A stretch of DNA of 64,000 bases, from positions 2,666,001 through 2,730,000 of the forward strand of contig OX337240.1 of the NCBI GenBank assembly GCA_946965045.2. The letters are read 5' to 3'. Both the position numbers and the translations under genes were made by a program. Each line of letters opens with the position of its first letter. Position 1 is the stretch's first letter. This document shows, one piece after another, positions 53,538 through 64,000 of this stretch. The notes under the pieces were generated by a model that was not told the origin of the DNA, searched no databases, and saw only the letters and a program-made list of their open reading frames with translations. This DNA is from Epithemia pelagica (Eukaryota > Protista > Bacillariophyta).

Positions 53538-55246
53538 TGCTTGGCCGTTTTGTCAATACTGGACTCACAGTTACTAGTCTCCCCGCTACGTCTGTACCAG
53601 CTGTCACGCGTTCTGAATCCTTTGGGATTCTTGGTCTCCTTTCAGTGTCTCCGGCAAACCTACCTCCTCCACCACCTGTTCCCACTACTTTACTCCAACA
53701 TATAACAAGATTACCGCCGTGGGAACGAGATCTGCTGCGTGGCGTTCAACTCATTGCAACAATTGAAACGGTTGCTCAATTTTTCCAATCTACCAGTTCC
53801 GATGCTACACCGATTCATCTTTGCAGCGACGGGTCTGCCCCGTTGTTTCATGGTTCGTTTGGTTGTGTCTGTAGTACCGATAATGGGATGGAACTGTTTA
53901 CTCTTCTTGGACCGGCACCAGGTTTCCGCACTTCCTCCTTTCGGGCCGAAAGTTACGGTCTGCTCTCTGTGCTGCAATTCGTATTTCGCTTCTGTGAGTA
54001 TCAGGGCATATCTCTTCCGAGTCACCTCAGGTTGTATACTGATTCAAAGAGTGCAATTCAGACAATGACTACGCGCTTGGAATGGAACTCTGACTTTCCT
54101 TATACCACCATGTCACCGGAGTGGGATCTACACCAGGCCATCACTACCGCCATTCGACGTTTTCCTAATCCACCACTATGTCAACATGTCAAAGGACATC
54201 AAGATCGACGAGTCCCGTTAGACACTTTGTCTCTTCCTGCTCAACTGAATGTTAAGGCTGATCTTCTCGCGTCGCAATTCACTTATCCGTCTGAGCTGTC
54301 CTCGACTCATGCTCCTCTGATTAGCGGGGCAACGGCAATTTTGCACGGTCCGAACGGTACTATCAACTCCAATTACCGTCAAGTACTGCGACGTCTCGCG
54401 TCTGACCCTGCAATGATTCATCATCTTTGCAGTCGTAACGAATGGAGCACAGCGACCTTTCATACTATTTTGTGGAATTCACATGCAACTGCTCTCCGCA
54501 GTCAGTTTTCCAGACGGCAGTTCTTCATGAAATATCTTCATGACTGGCTTCCGCTGGGTGACAAACGGTCACTCTATGCAGATCATTATCCATCAACATG
54601 CCCTAAGTGCAATCCACAGGTGCTAGAGACACGCGAACATTTTCTCCGGTGCCCTCATCGCAAGTGGGTTGGTTCTCTCCTGGAGGATTTGACTACCTAT
54701 TGGAAGACTCATTTTATTGATCCTACTCTACAATCTATCTTGAAGGAGCTTATACTTTCCTGGATAGCGGCTACTCCTCCGCAACTTGACCACTTGTCTT
54801 CTTCTTATGCGGTTCTGCTGGCACGTCAATCAACTGTGGGAGTTGTTCATCTCTTCTTTGGTCGATTTGTTACCGACTGGGCTACGTTGCAAGATCACTA
54901 TCTGACTCGATCACCACCGTCTGAATCTGGTCAGTTTAATGGGACGCTCTTTGTCACATCGACGATTAAAATCATTTGGGAACACGTCTATCGATTATGG
55001 CTATCCCGCAACCAAGATTTACATGGACACAATACTACGACCCGCGAAGATGCTGCGTTGGCTCAGGCTCAACGTGAGATTCGATGCCTTTATCGTTTCC
55101 GGACTTCCGTTGATCCTCGGGATCAGATTTTGTTTTACCCAACACCTGACATTCACTTCACCACACACACGACCTCTGCTAGCTTGAGATCATGGCTTGA
55201 CACTTGGCAACCTGTGATCCTCAAGTCCGTTAGTTCCTCTCGCTAG
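53294..55246 (+). CDS. LINE ORF2, C-terminal part (RNase H + CCHC), -1 frame relative to the upstream part
   Basis: HLCSDGS, FRAESYG, LYTDSKS, HVKGHQD, NVKADLLA; CPKC...ETREHFLRC. Frameshift at about 53470-53515. Confidence 0.9.
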   Translation: MYSRKALVSFYSERLASISTTARPSCLAALAQVLTIVHNFEFEESSFAPSRSLDRDRQQYTPTTVQLFVFHDDRYDVYAPLMLGRFVNTGLTVTSLPATSVPAVTRSESFGILGLLSVSPANLPPPPPVPTTLLQHITRLPPWERDLLRGVQLIATIETVAQFFQSTSSDATPIHLCSDGSAPLFHGSFGCVCSTDNGMELFTLLGPAPGFRTSSFRAESYGLLSVLQFVFRFCEYQGISLPSHLRLYTDSKSAIQTMTTRLEWNSDFPYTTMSPEWDLHQAITTAIRRFPNPPLCQHVKGHQDRRVPLDTLSLPAQLNVKADLLASQFTYPSELSSTHAPLISGATAILHGPNGTINSNYRQVLRRLASDPAMIHHLCSRNEWSTATFHTILWNSHATALRSQFSRRQFFMKYLHDWLPLGDKRSLYADHYPSTCPKCNPQVLETREHFLRCPHRKWVGSLLEDLTTYWKTHFIDPTLQSILKELILSWIAATPPQLDHLSSSYAVLLARQSTVGVVHLFFGRFVTDWATLQDHYLTRSPPSESGQFNGTLFVTSTIKIIWEHVYRLWLSRNQDLHGHNTTTREDAALAQAQREIRCLYRFRTSVDPRDQILFYPTPDIHFTTHTTSASLRSWLDTWQPVILKSVSSSR

Positions 55247-55264
55247 CGACCTAGTGTCGCTAGC
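55242..55264 (+). other. Perfect 9-bp stem-loop over the LINE ORF2 stop codon
   Basis: GCTAGCGAC-CTAGT-GTCGCTAGC. Confidence 0.7.
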
Positions 55265-57326
55265 TTTCACCTTTGTTAGTCCTCGCGTATGTTTTTACAT
55301 ATGCCCGGCGCGTCGGTCGGCGTTTCCCCTGAGTGGGTACGTGCGGCAGCGTTATAATAGATTCAAATTTTTTTTTTTTGTCTATGTGGTTCGAAGCACA
55401 ACCGGATGAAAGGTCCAAGGCCATATGATTCTTATGGAGCAACGATCATCGTGAACAAGATTTTTGCTGTTATTAGCTTCCAGTTGGTGCTCATGGTAGA
55501 TAGGCGAATGATAACACTCCCCCACATAGTTTTCGGGGCGCTCAGCGTCTTTCCTCCATCCGTATATCACTCTCGTTTCTTTTGTTGGTCGAAAATGTCC
55601 ATTGAGAGCCTTGAATAAGCAGACATTCGAAGCAAAATGCATCTAAGTCCTTCCTAGAGTCGACCATGTTGTGGTGATGGATGATATGACATAGATGACG
55701 ACCGCATCCAACAAACGGATCTGTGGCTCACTCAATTGTTCGTTTCCCGTACGGATCACATTGTGCCACAGATCCCACTGATTGGGTCGCTCACAAATTT
55801 GAGTAGGTTGAAGATGCTTTTGAAGCCCGGCCGTCTGCCTTGGCTCGACTCCTTTGCCACTTATTGCTTAATGATGGCGTTTCACTCTCTCTCTACTGCC
55901 TTTTGCTTCATTCAGTTACACGGTATTGTTCCAGATCACTGCTGGTTGCAGGTAAGTCCGTCAAAGGAAACGAATAATATCCTAAGGAGGTTATTGTCTT
56001 TCGAAAACTCCAGATTGCCATAAACGCAATTCTGTGGGTCCAAGAGGCTGTAAAGTATGGCATTTCGATGCCGTTGTTGCTATAAAAATATCAGCTCTTT
56101 CACCGGGACAGAGAAGGTAAGGAGAAGACGGATTTTGTCCAACCCACTAGTGGTCATCCTAGTGGTTATCCACCTTCTTTCTCGAAGCCCAGATCATGTC
56201 GAAAACACCAGGGGCATGAGCGATTTGCTTGTTCGTCCTTGATTTCGGAATTTATCGACGGAAAGTGATATCCTTTGCATAATGGAAGGCAAATCATGGT
56301 CCAAGTGTACGATCTATGGTCCATCGAGTCTATAAATGGCCCATTTATTCCACACTTGGATGATGATTTGCCTGCTTCTCTGCAGGAACAACTCCATTCG
56401 AAAGACTCTTTTCCCGGTCATCATTGCGGAATAATTCATCATTGCACCACTCTTGCGCAGTTTGCAACGCCTTGCTGCACATATCTGTCTTGAGTTACCG
56501 TTCTTATGCTGCCATTTTGGCCTGTCGAGGCCAATTTCTCGAAGGAGCTCACACACGCTTCTCTCCAAGAAGAACATCAGATACCAGTATCGTTGACATC
56601 GGTGCTGCTTACTCATCATTATGCCCTTCGGGCTCTTTCTGGAACGGTTGGTTCAAGTTGCTCTTGCGCAGAGCGTCTTTAGGCATTAGGTTTTTGCGGC
56701 CATTTCCCCCACAATATCTCATCAATGAGCCAAGGGCCTCAGCCGGTTTACTCATGAACCCTTTCTTTCGTGGCAGTATCCCCTTTACGTTCGATTCGGT
56801 CGACATTGAGCTCAAAGATGTACCATCCCTCGTCATCTCCCACAGCTTGGCCGTCTTTTCGTCATCACTGCAGTCAGTCCTTGAATGTTTCGGATACGAA
56901 TATCGTTCAAGTAAGAACAGTTGGTGATTTGCCGTTTCGCCCATACCTCGTTCTCACTTTCTCGGCTCTATGATTCATCACGGTGGAGATCACTTTTATC
57001 ATGATTTGACCTCGTCGCTATCCGGGACAAATGCAAGACATTCAAGTGCCATAATGGTGAGACTTGGATTACCTGCCCACCTACATTTCAATTGAGAAGA
57101 TGAAATGCTTCCTTTCGTCTTGCACTCTCCAAGGAACCAAGTACTCTACCTTTGCATTCGTGGCAATAGCACCATTCCTCGATGGCACGCAAAGGTGAGG
57201 GTCTCTAGAGTTCTGAACGGGCGGTAACAATCGACCAGAGGAGATAGTCTCCTTGAGGAATCCATTCAGGTAGTTCGTGCTCTACAGACTTCCGTTCCAT
57301 CGCGATGTTGTAGTGGGTCAAGGCAC

Positions 57327-57378
57327 GTTCTTGTTGTGTCTCTTGTGAACGGGTTCTTGTTGTGTCTCTTGTGAACGG
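57327..57378 (+). repeat. 26-bp perfect tandem repeat x2
   Basis: GTTCTTGTTGTGTCTCTTGTGAACGG twice. Confidence 0.9.
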
Positions 57379-58198
57379 GAGAGAAGAAATCCGTAGAAGA
57401 TGGACAGTCACATAAAGGAACGCAACAGCAGAAAAGTGTTAACAAAAGCGGACGCACGATAGATATATCTGCCAGCGGAAGTTGCCGATTCTCTGGCTGC
57501 TGCTATCTATGTCTGCTATGTGTGTAAAGAGAGAGAGACAACAGAACCCATCCGGGAATGAACCGACTTTATTTTATGATCCCATATGACCTACTCCTAT
57601 CTGAATTCTGAATGCGATGCTTCAGTCTCACTTTTTGGTAAAGGAAATGATTGGAAAGCGGATCTGAGTTGACCAGCTCATCCAGCGCTGAGAATATTCA
57701 TGTCTAAGATTAGATTTTTGAATCCTGCACGTTGTGATGCCGGTGAAAACAAAGACCCGAGTTAACCGATAACTCCCGGAAACATTTGCGCCAGGACAAC
57801 GTGATCGATTGTACATATGTATTTGGTAAGCAAATCGTAGATGCTCGAGGGTTATGGAATCAAATTTTGATTTTGGATCCAAACAGGTTCGCGAGGAGCT
57901 CGGTTCTTTGGATTTTCATATAGACGATATAAATGTCCGCGAGAAGTGGTGGACCATTCATTAAGGACGGAGGCTCTTAGACAGGACTAAACCATCCAAT
58001 CCCCGAGCCCTGGTATCTTTTCTTTGACTTCGAAAGGCCGATATACGTTGATCAGCGAGTTACTTGCAGATTGAAGGAACGTTTATGAGGGAGTTGAAGA
58101 GCAAACATTGAAGAGGGATAACAGCGTTTTGTTGCCTCTGCAACGACCAGACAACTCTGCATTCATCATTCTTACATCCATCGTCTATCCCTAAGGTC

Positions 58199-58852
58199 AG
58201 GGTTGTGAAGTACTCACACTAGCACTGGGTACTTGAATTTAGTACTTAAAGTACGACTCCTGAACTTAGAGGTACTTGACGAAGGTACTTTAAGTACCTC
58301 ATGAGAAACAACGTACTTGACTGAGGTAATTTATTCTAAAGTTATAAAACTTAAGTTAGATTCGGTACTTTACTTTGTATAAGTACCATAAGTCAAAAAA
58401 TAGCATGTCCTTACTTCTTCAAAGTAAAGTACGTAGAGAAAATAGCAGTACTTAACTTCGATGGATGAAATTCAAGCGTAAAGTACCTTGAAAGTAAGGT
58501 ATTTTAGCTTTATTTTCATCTAATATGGGTCCAAAAGTACGTACTTTTTACTTGAACCTGGTAATTTGAAGTCAAGATTTCAATTTTGTACTGGTACTTG
58601 ACAGAAGGTACTTAAAGTAAGATCACTCAACATAGGTACTTTGCATGGGTACTTACAAGGAAGCGATAGGATGAGCGGTACTTGTGGTAGGGTACTTAAG
58701 GTGGTACAGGAAAATCTAGGTACTTTTGCGTGAGGACTTGGGAAAAGGAAAGTACATGATGAAGAGAAGAGGGACTTGGACCAAGGAAAACCACAAAGTA
58801 CGCGAAAAGTGGTACTTTTGGAAAAAACAGGTACTTGATACTTCACAACCCT
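58199..58852. mobile_element. hAT-type MITE rich in GTAC motifs
   Basis: 14-bp TIR AGGGTTGTGAAGTA; 8-bp TSD CTAAGGTC (58191-58198, 58853-58860); about 28 GTAC sites in 654 bp. Confidence 0.92.
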
Positions 58853-60980
58853 CTAAGGTCATGTGACTGCTGTCACTTTCACTTTCCGCACGAGTAGAAA
58901 CTATCGATTGACGGCAGACGATGAAGATATTTGATTTCTAGACATCCACTTGAGGTGTGTTCCCTTCTACTCCTACAACTCTTAGAAAAAGCTATGTAGA
59001 TCGATGAATCTGAGCTACTCCTAGCTAGGAACTAGGAATACTAGCTTCTTGTGCATGCCGCCCATAAGTAGATACGTACTCCTCCCTTCCTCGTTGTTCC
59101 TCCGCCTCTAGGAAAAGTCTTTTCTGGTGACCGTACGACGAAATAGTCTTTTGTCTTCTGTCGTCGGACGTCGGAATGGAAGCACAGGTTGGAATTTGGA
59201 ATATCAGATGCTCTGAAAGAACTGTTGTCGTCCAAGTTGACACACCATGTCGATTCGAAAAGATAGAAATACGTGTGATAAGCTTGTGAGAATGTGAAAT
59301 TGACACTCACAGACCTTCACCGGTAATGCAAAGTACTTCAACATAACGCATCGAATGCTGACTAACGCATGAGTCCGTTCATTTAGTGGTATGGTAAGGT
59401 ACGTGTCGATCTCCTGAACTGATATTTTCTCTGGAAGCATCTGGTTACTCAAACGATGACAGAGAAATCAAAATTTTCATTCTAGTGACGGCGATCGCGC
59501 CTTCCCGAGAACCGTTCTGGAAAGCTGGTACAGCCTTGTAGAACCTGACAAGAGCCCGACAAACACCACAGCCTGAAAATTATGCGTACTCCCTGTTTGG
59601 GCGTGATGAGTCGTCTCTCCCGAGCAGGTTCTTCGACGATAGATTGGCGGAACGTTATCCAGAAGACCAATCGCACCCTCTGGTTAAAACCATTCCTCGA
59701 AGCAGAGATAACATTGGATTAGCTCACAAGAGCCCGACAAGTACCATACCTTGGAACACACGCATATTCCTTCTAAGGTCGTGAAGAGACCTCTTTCCCG
59801 AGCATTATTTTCATCGACGTAATTGGTTGGACGTTGTTCAGAAGATAGTTCATTGAGATGCCGGTTCAAGACAGTCCGCACAAGTGCAACAAAGGTCGCC
59901 CATTTTCTGGGAAAACCTTGTCGTGTCAATATTCTCGCAATCTGGTCATCCTTGCTCTTGTCATACAAGACGAACACCAAAGCAGTGTCTGAAGCATTGA
60001 AGAGGAATTGTGTGAGCGAGACCTTTTTAAGTTTGACGGACAGAATTAGATTCATCGGGGGCTAGTGCATGTCCTTGGCCAAACATTGACTCTTCAAGCC
60101 ATCAAGTCTATTGCTCGCCTTTTCCACGCTCGGATGATGATTTGCCCTTGTTCCAGAAAAAAGAGACCTTCTTGTTCGGATAGTCCGATGGTTTCTCCCG
60201 AATGGAGGGGGCAGAGCAAGCCATAGTTCGAGCCTCCAATCGATGAGCTATCAATTGTTTTTCATGGCTCATGCTTTCAACGTTTCGAAAGTGTTTTGCT
60301 CCTTTTCCTTCAATCAAGAGAATGTGTATGTCTTGTTCGAGAGTCCGAGCCCTATTTTGTCTCCTTATTACGTCATATGTGGTTTTGCGGTCGACGAAAA
60401 GGACCAGTTCCTGGATTCCCTTCATGTGATGCCGATGTAAGTCATGATCGGCACATTGAATCTGTGAGACGGTTGCGTTTTTCCCGTTGATCTGATGTTG
60501 ATAAAGGTTCAGCAGAAACGAAACAAAAAGAGGGTGAGTACCAATATCCTTTCCTTCGCCGTGTTGTTCGAGTCCAAATCATTATCCACGCTTTGCATCT
60601 ATGAGCTACCGAGTGTACTTTGTGGCTCCTTTACGCAACGCGCGGATGATGATTTGCACTTACTCAACGGGCGGAAGCAAGAATAGGTGGAACAACCGTG
60701 ATTCGATGTCGGTAGGCAGGGGTTTTGATCTGGACCGTGGCCAGTGTCATTGGTCAACGATATGTGAGTGGTACGATCTCACTTACGTGACGACTTCCAT
60801 GGTTTCACAGTGGTGCCAAGGCGATGATTCCCTACTTCTTGGTCTCCAAGTCCTCATTGTTGTATGAAACGGCATTGTTCCCATAGCCATAGCCGTGGGT
60901 CACCCTGTGGTCAGTGGTCAATGCGCCCTTTCATTTTCAATATATATAAGACTGTTCGGCTCAAATGGAAGGATTAAAAT

Positions 60981-61603
60981 TAGAGGTGGCTCCAGCGGTG
61001 AGCGGACGCGCAGCTCCAGCGCTGGAGCTCCAGCGCTGGAGAATCTCCAGCAGAGGTTTTTTGTTGCGAGAAAAGAGCGCTACATTGGTCGCCTTTCTCT
61101 GTGACTGTTGCCTGTTGCATGTCATTCATTTGCTCCGCACTGGTCATTGCTGACCCTGTGTAATTCATTTGCTCCACACTGCCTTCCACAATGTCTGATT
61201 ACAATGATGATGATGACTCATCAAAGGCGGAAGAGCTTGATATGGATGGCACTTCGAAGGCCACGCAGAAACATTTGGCGCCTAGCAAGTAAATATCTTG
61301 CGTTGCCTGCGACTGCTGCCTCTTCTGAACGGGCATTCAGTATTGCAGGACTGATCATATCTGCGAAAGAAGCATCACTGGACCCTTCCACCGTTACAGA
61401 TTTACATTTTTTACGTGAGAATTGGGAACATGTGTTCTCACCATAAGATAGATTCACTAGGAGTAGCTTCTAGCTAAGCATTTTCATCCTGGTAGCATAG
61501 GTAGTCTTTTCTCCAGCTGGAGGCGCTCACCTAGCTCCAGCAGAGACGTCTCCAGCGCTTACCTAGCTCCAGCAGAGATGAGCTGTTGCTGGAGCCACCT
61601 CTA
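60981..61603 (+). mobile_element. Non-autonomous hAT element (internal deletion derivative)
   Basis: 16-bp TIR TAGAGGTGGCTCCAGC; 8-bp TSD ATTAAAAT (60973-60980, 61604-61611); subterminal CTCCAGC repeats. Confidence 0.95.
61230..61446 (+). pseudogene. hAT transposase C-terminal dimerisation domain remnant
   Basis: WRLASKYLALPATAASSERAFSIAGLIISAKEASLDPSTVTDLHFLRENW. Confidence 0.9.
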
Positions 61604-61966
61604 ATTAAAATGTAAGGGTCGGATCGGAGATAAGCATATAGATCGAATCGTCTTTTGATGCTCTTGATAAGCCCCTATATGTCTTCTCAAATAGAGATAT
61701 CCATTTTGAATATTTGGTTAAAGTTTGCCCAACGAAATTCTAGGTAGTATCGAAAACCCTAAAGGGGTTTGTGTGACACTGGTGTAAGAAGACTACGTGA
61801 GTCGCGCGCGTGAATGACCTTAGGGGTACGAGCCGCGCGCAACCCAAAAACTTTGGAGCGCGATATCTCGAGAGAGGGATTTTTGGAAAATCCTTTCATT
61901 TGAGCAGAAAAGTCTTTTATAAAATACGGATTGAGAAGAATATTCCTCGTTTGGAATCTAAATTAA

Positions 61967-62304
61967 GAATGAATCTATTGTGGGTCGGGATTTTATAGAG
62001 AGGTCATAATTGGAGATTTATACATAGATCAACTCGTCTTTGAATCCTCTCTTTCAATTTGCTCTGTATATGCCTCGCCAAATTAATATATTCATTTCAA
62101 AATATTGGACTAAAGTATGGCGAGCAAAATTTACGTATTCAAAACCCTAATGTGGGATGTGCTACGAGATACGTAGAAAAGGTACTGCAGTCGCGCACGT
62201 GAATGACACTAGGGGTACATCGCGCGCATACCGCGCAAAACTTTAAGGCTTGATTTTTCGAGAAGTGGATTTTTCAAATATCCCGACCCACAATAGAATC
62301 AGTC
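61967..62304. mobile_element. MITE with TTAA flanks and GA...TC ends (Kolobok-like)
   Basis: 25-bp TIR matching at 23/25; TTAA at 61963-61966 and 62305-62308. Confidence 0.75.
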
Positions 62305-62715
62305 TTAATTATTATCTATGCCGACATAAAGACTACTAAGTACATGTACTGGGAGCTGGGAGTACGAGTGGAAAAAATAAAAAATAATATGGTGTTATTG
62401 ATATCCGGTTAACACGGGGTTATCCTGGGATAAGGGACCCCTTCCCGCAGTCAATCACGTAGGATACGCGCCGAATTATCCCAGTCCAGAATTGCGAAGC
62501 CGAGAAAATTATCCGAGTATGGTCGTTTTTAACGTTTTTCCGTTTGATTTTCGCGCATGGCCAACCACAGTCCACATTACAATGCCTGATACCCTTTGGG
62601 TATACCGTTATCATTAACCAGTGATGTACTTTGTCAGCGACACTCCTTGCTAGTACATGAGTAGAACAATATGACCGTACAGTAAACTACTATCACAGTC
62701 GCACTATCACAGTTT

Positions 62716-63087
62716 CTATGTTGTTGGTGTTAATTTGTTTGTTTTACGTTGTTTGTTTGTTGTCTTTTGGTATCTTGTGCCTTTTGTTGTTTGGCATGAT
62801 GGCTGAAACTGGAGCTTGCGCCTTGCGCTTTTAAGATATGCCTTTGTAGCCTTCCTTGCCTGTCGTCTTGTTATCTCCTTCACTTCTGTAGTGCTCCCAT
62901 TCCTTTTCCCTTCCGTAGCTGTTTTAGGATTGCTTTCTTGTTGCTTTTTGTTTCCTGGCAAACTTTTTAGTACTTGATTTGACATTGCCTCAACAAAGAT
63001 CCGATCACATTCCAAGCAATTCCGATCAATACAATCTCCACACCACAGAAAATCCTTCCCCCCTGTGTTGTCCATTGTTGTTTCCAT
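62716..63087 (-). CDS. Small Cys4 motif, basic-tailed hypothetical protein
   Basis: C-x2-C-x4-C-x2-C (WCGDCIDRNCLECD) followed by a Lys/Arg/Thr-rich tail. Confidence 0.45.
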   Translation of the reverse strand: METTMDNTGGKDFLWCGDCIDRNCLECDRIFVEAMSNQVLKSLPGNKKQQESNPKTATEGKRNGSTTEVKEITRRQARKATKAYLKSARRKLQFQPSCQTTKGTRYQKTTNKQRKTNKLTPTT

Positions 63088-63306
63088 GCCTTTTCGTGCT
63101 TTCCCCTTTGGTCATTGATTTCGACAACCGTGCCTTTACTCGGAAACACACATGACCATACAGGCGTCTCCCAGACGTTAAACAGTAGTTAGGGTTGCTA
63201 GGTAGGTAACGCGACCGGACATACAAATACTGGTGGTCGCCGAGCATGGCAACTTGTTGACTACAAATACTTAGACGCGCTGTTATGTTAAGGACTCCAC
63301 GCGCTC

Positions 63307-63313
63307 TATATAA
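63307..63313 (+). promoter_or_regulatory. TATA-like box in the divergent intergenic region
   Basis: TATATAA about 55-80 nt upstream of ATGs at 63366 and 63390. Confidence 0.35.
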
Positions 63314-63365
63314 CGGTTGGAATCAATATGACAAACTCAGACCTAAATGAGGAACGAACGATTTG

Positions 63366-63827
63366 ATGGTTCATAGGATTTCGTTCATCATGGCTTCTAT
63401 CAGCGACGACAACTCTATTTCTACGTTTGACGAAATCCTACAGATGAAGATGGAGGAGGACAGTGAGCCGACTCTAGACAACTCCGTAAAAGAAACCGCG
63501 AACAAGGGGCCTAAGGACAAACATGAAGGGACCGAACCAGACCCTGATGATTTTTGGATGGACGAAGAATCCTCTGTGGAGCTTTCTTTTCTCAAGGATC
63601 AACCTGATCCTTCTCCTAAGAAAGGTGACCCTGACTTTATTGACCCAGATGATGTGGATTATGGGCACCCAAATGACAAAATCACCGCCCTCATGCTCCT
63701 TTCCAATGGTGGAGCCATTTTACACTATGGGTCGTCTCGTCGTGTGTACCGTCCGCCGCATGAGGAACGCAACGAAAACCAAATGTCCCAGACGAAGATT
63801 GATTCTTTTTTCCCCTCGAAGAAGTAA
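63366..63827 (+). CDS. Small acidic protein with C-terminal PIP box
   Basis: Asp/Glu/Pro-rich body; ends QTKIDSFFPSKK, matching Qxx[ILM]xxFF. Confidence 0.6.
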   Translation: MVHRISFIMASISDDNSISTFDEILQMKMEEDSEPTLDNSVKETANKGPKDKHEGTEPDPDDFWMDEESSVELSFLKDQPDPSPKKGDPDFIDPDDVDYGHPNDKITALMLLSNGGAILHYGSSRRVYRPPHEERNENQMSQTKIDSFFPSKK

Positions 63828-64000
63828 ATTTTCCTATAAATTCCGATATTAAGTAATAATTTTTCCATTATTTTAGTTTTTTTCTGAAATTTTTAATATT
63901 TGCGTTTGTGATTGCGTACATTTCGGTTATTTTGCGATTCTCCACGTTTGATATTATCAAAACTATCTCGTTCCACAGGACCCTCTAGACGAGATGCCCA

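Larger units (their letters stand above)
47441..55379 (+). mobile_element. Non-LTR retrotransposon (LINE, Ambal-like) with APE, RT and RNase H
   Basis: ORF1 plus ORF2 with endonuclease, RT, RNase H and CCHC. Ends are approximate; no TSD identified. Confidence 0.9.
60950..61914. mobile_element. Older MITE (Kolobok-like ends) interrupted by a hAT element
   Basis: 24-bp TIR matching at 21/24 (60950-60973 vs 61891-61914); interior is a diverged copy of the 61967-62304 element; flanks ATAA/TTTT are degenerate. Confidence 0.65.

Noticed and set aside
56609-56944. CSDDEKTAKLWEM as a WD40 repeat; possible frameshifted gene at 56.3-56.9 kb
   Set aside because: Single imperfect motif with no neighbouring repeats; cannot support a product call.
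59204-60425. Chain of minus-strand ORF fragments that may be one decayed gene
   Set aside because: No recognisable domain; frames cannot be joined confidently by eye.
61753-62150. AAACCCTAA as telomeric repeat
   Set aside because: Two isolated single units inside related MITE interiors, not an array.
1-64000. tRNA, rRNA or other structured ncRNA genes
   Set aside because: GGTTCGA-like hits (about 35000, 55389) lack cloverleaf context; no rRNA-like sequence recognised. A covariance-model scan was not possible.

Overview
Eukaryotic nuclear DNA, inferred to be from a diatom (CoDi-like copia elements, Ambal-like LINE, diatom-type HMG and BTB genes). About half of the window is transposable element. 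It holds four young retroelements: (1) a Ty1/copia at 4977-11239 with non-canonical CA...TG LTR ends, a chromodomain-like segment, a candidate half-tRNA primer site and an in-frame gag-UGA-pol junction; (2) a tyrosine-recombinase (Ngaro/DIRS-like) retrotransposon at 16476-25641 with an unusual A-B...C-B...C-B-x-A repeat layout, also gag-UGA-pol in frame; (3) a second, intact single-ORF copia at 41229-47440; (4) an RNase H-containing LINE at about 47441-55379. Five small non-autonomous DNA elements are present, including a nested hAT-in-MITE. Host-type genes are a stand-alone retropepsin, an HMG-box protein, a DUF1647-like glycosyltransferase, a tandem RNase H1 hybrid-binding-domain protein, a BTB protein with an RPA70N-like OB fold, and a head-to-head pair of small genes (Cys4/basic and acidic with a C-terminal PIP box). 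No rRNA, tRNA or CRISPR array was seen. Regions 30.3-41.2 kb and 55.4-60.9 kb look like decayed sequence that I mostly cannot assign. All domain calls are by-eye motif recognition, not database searches.
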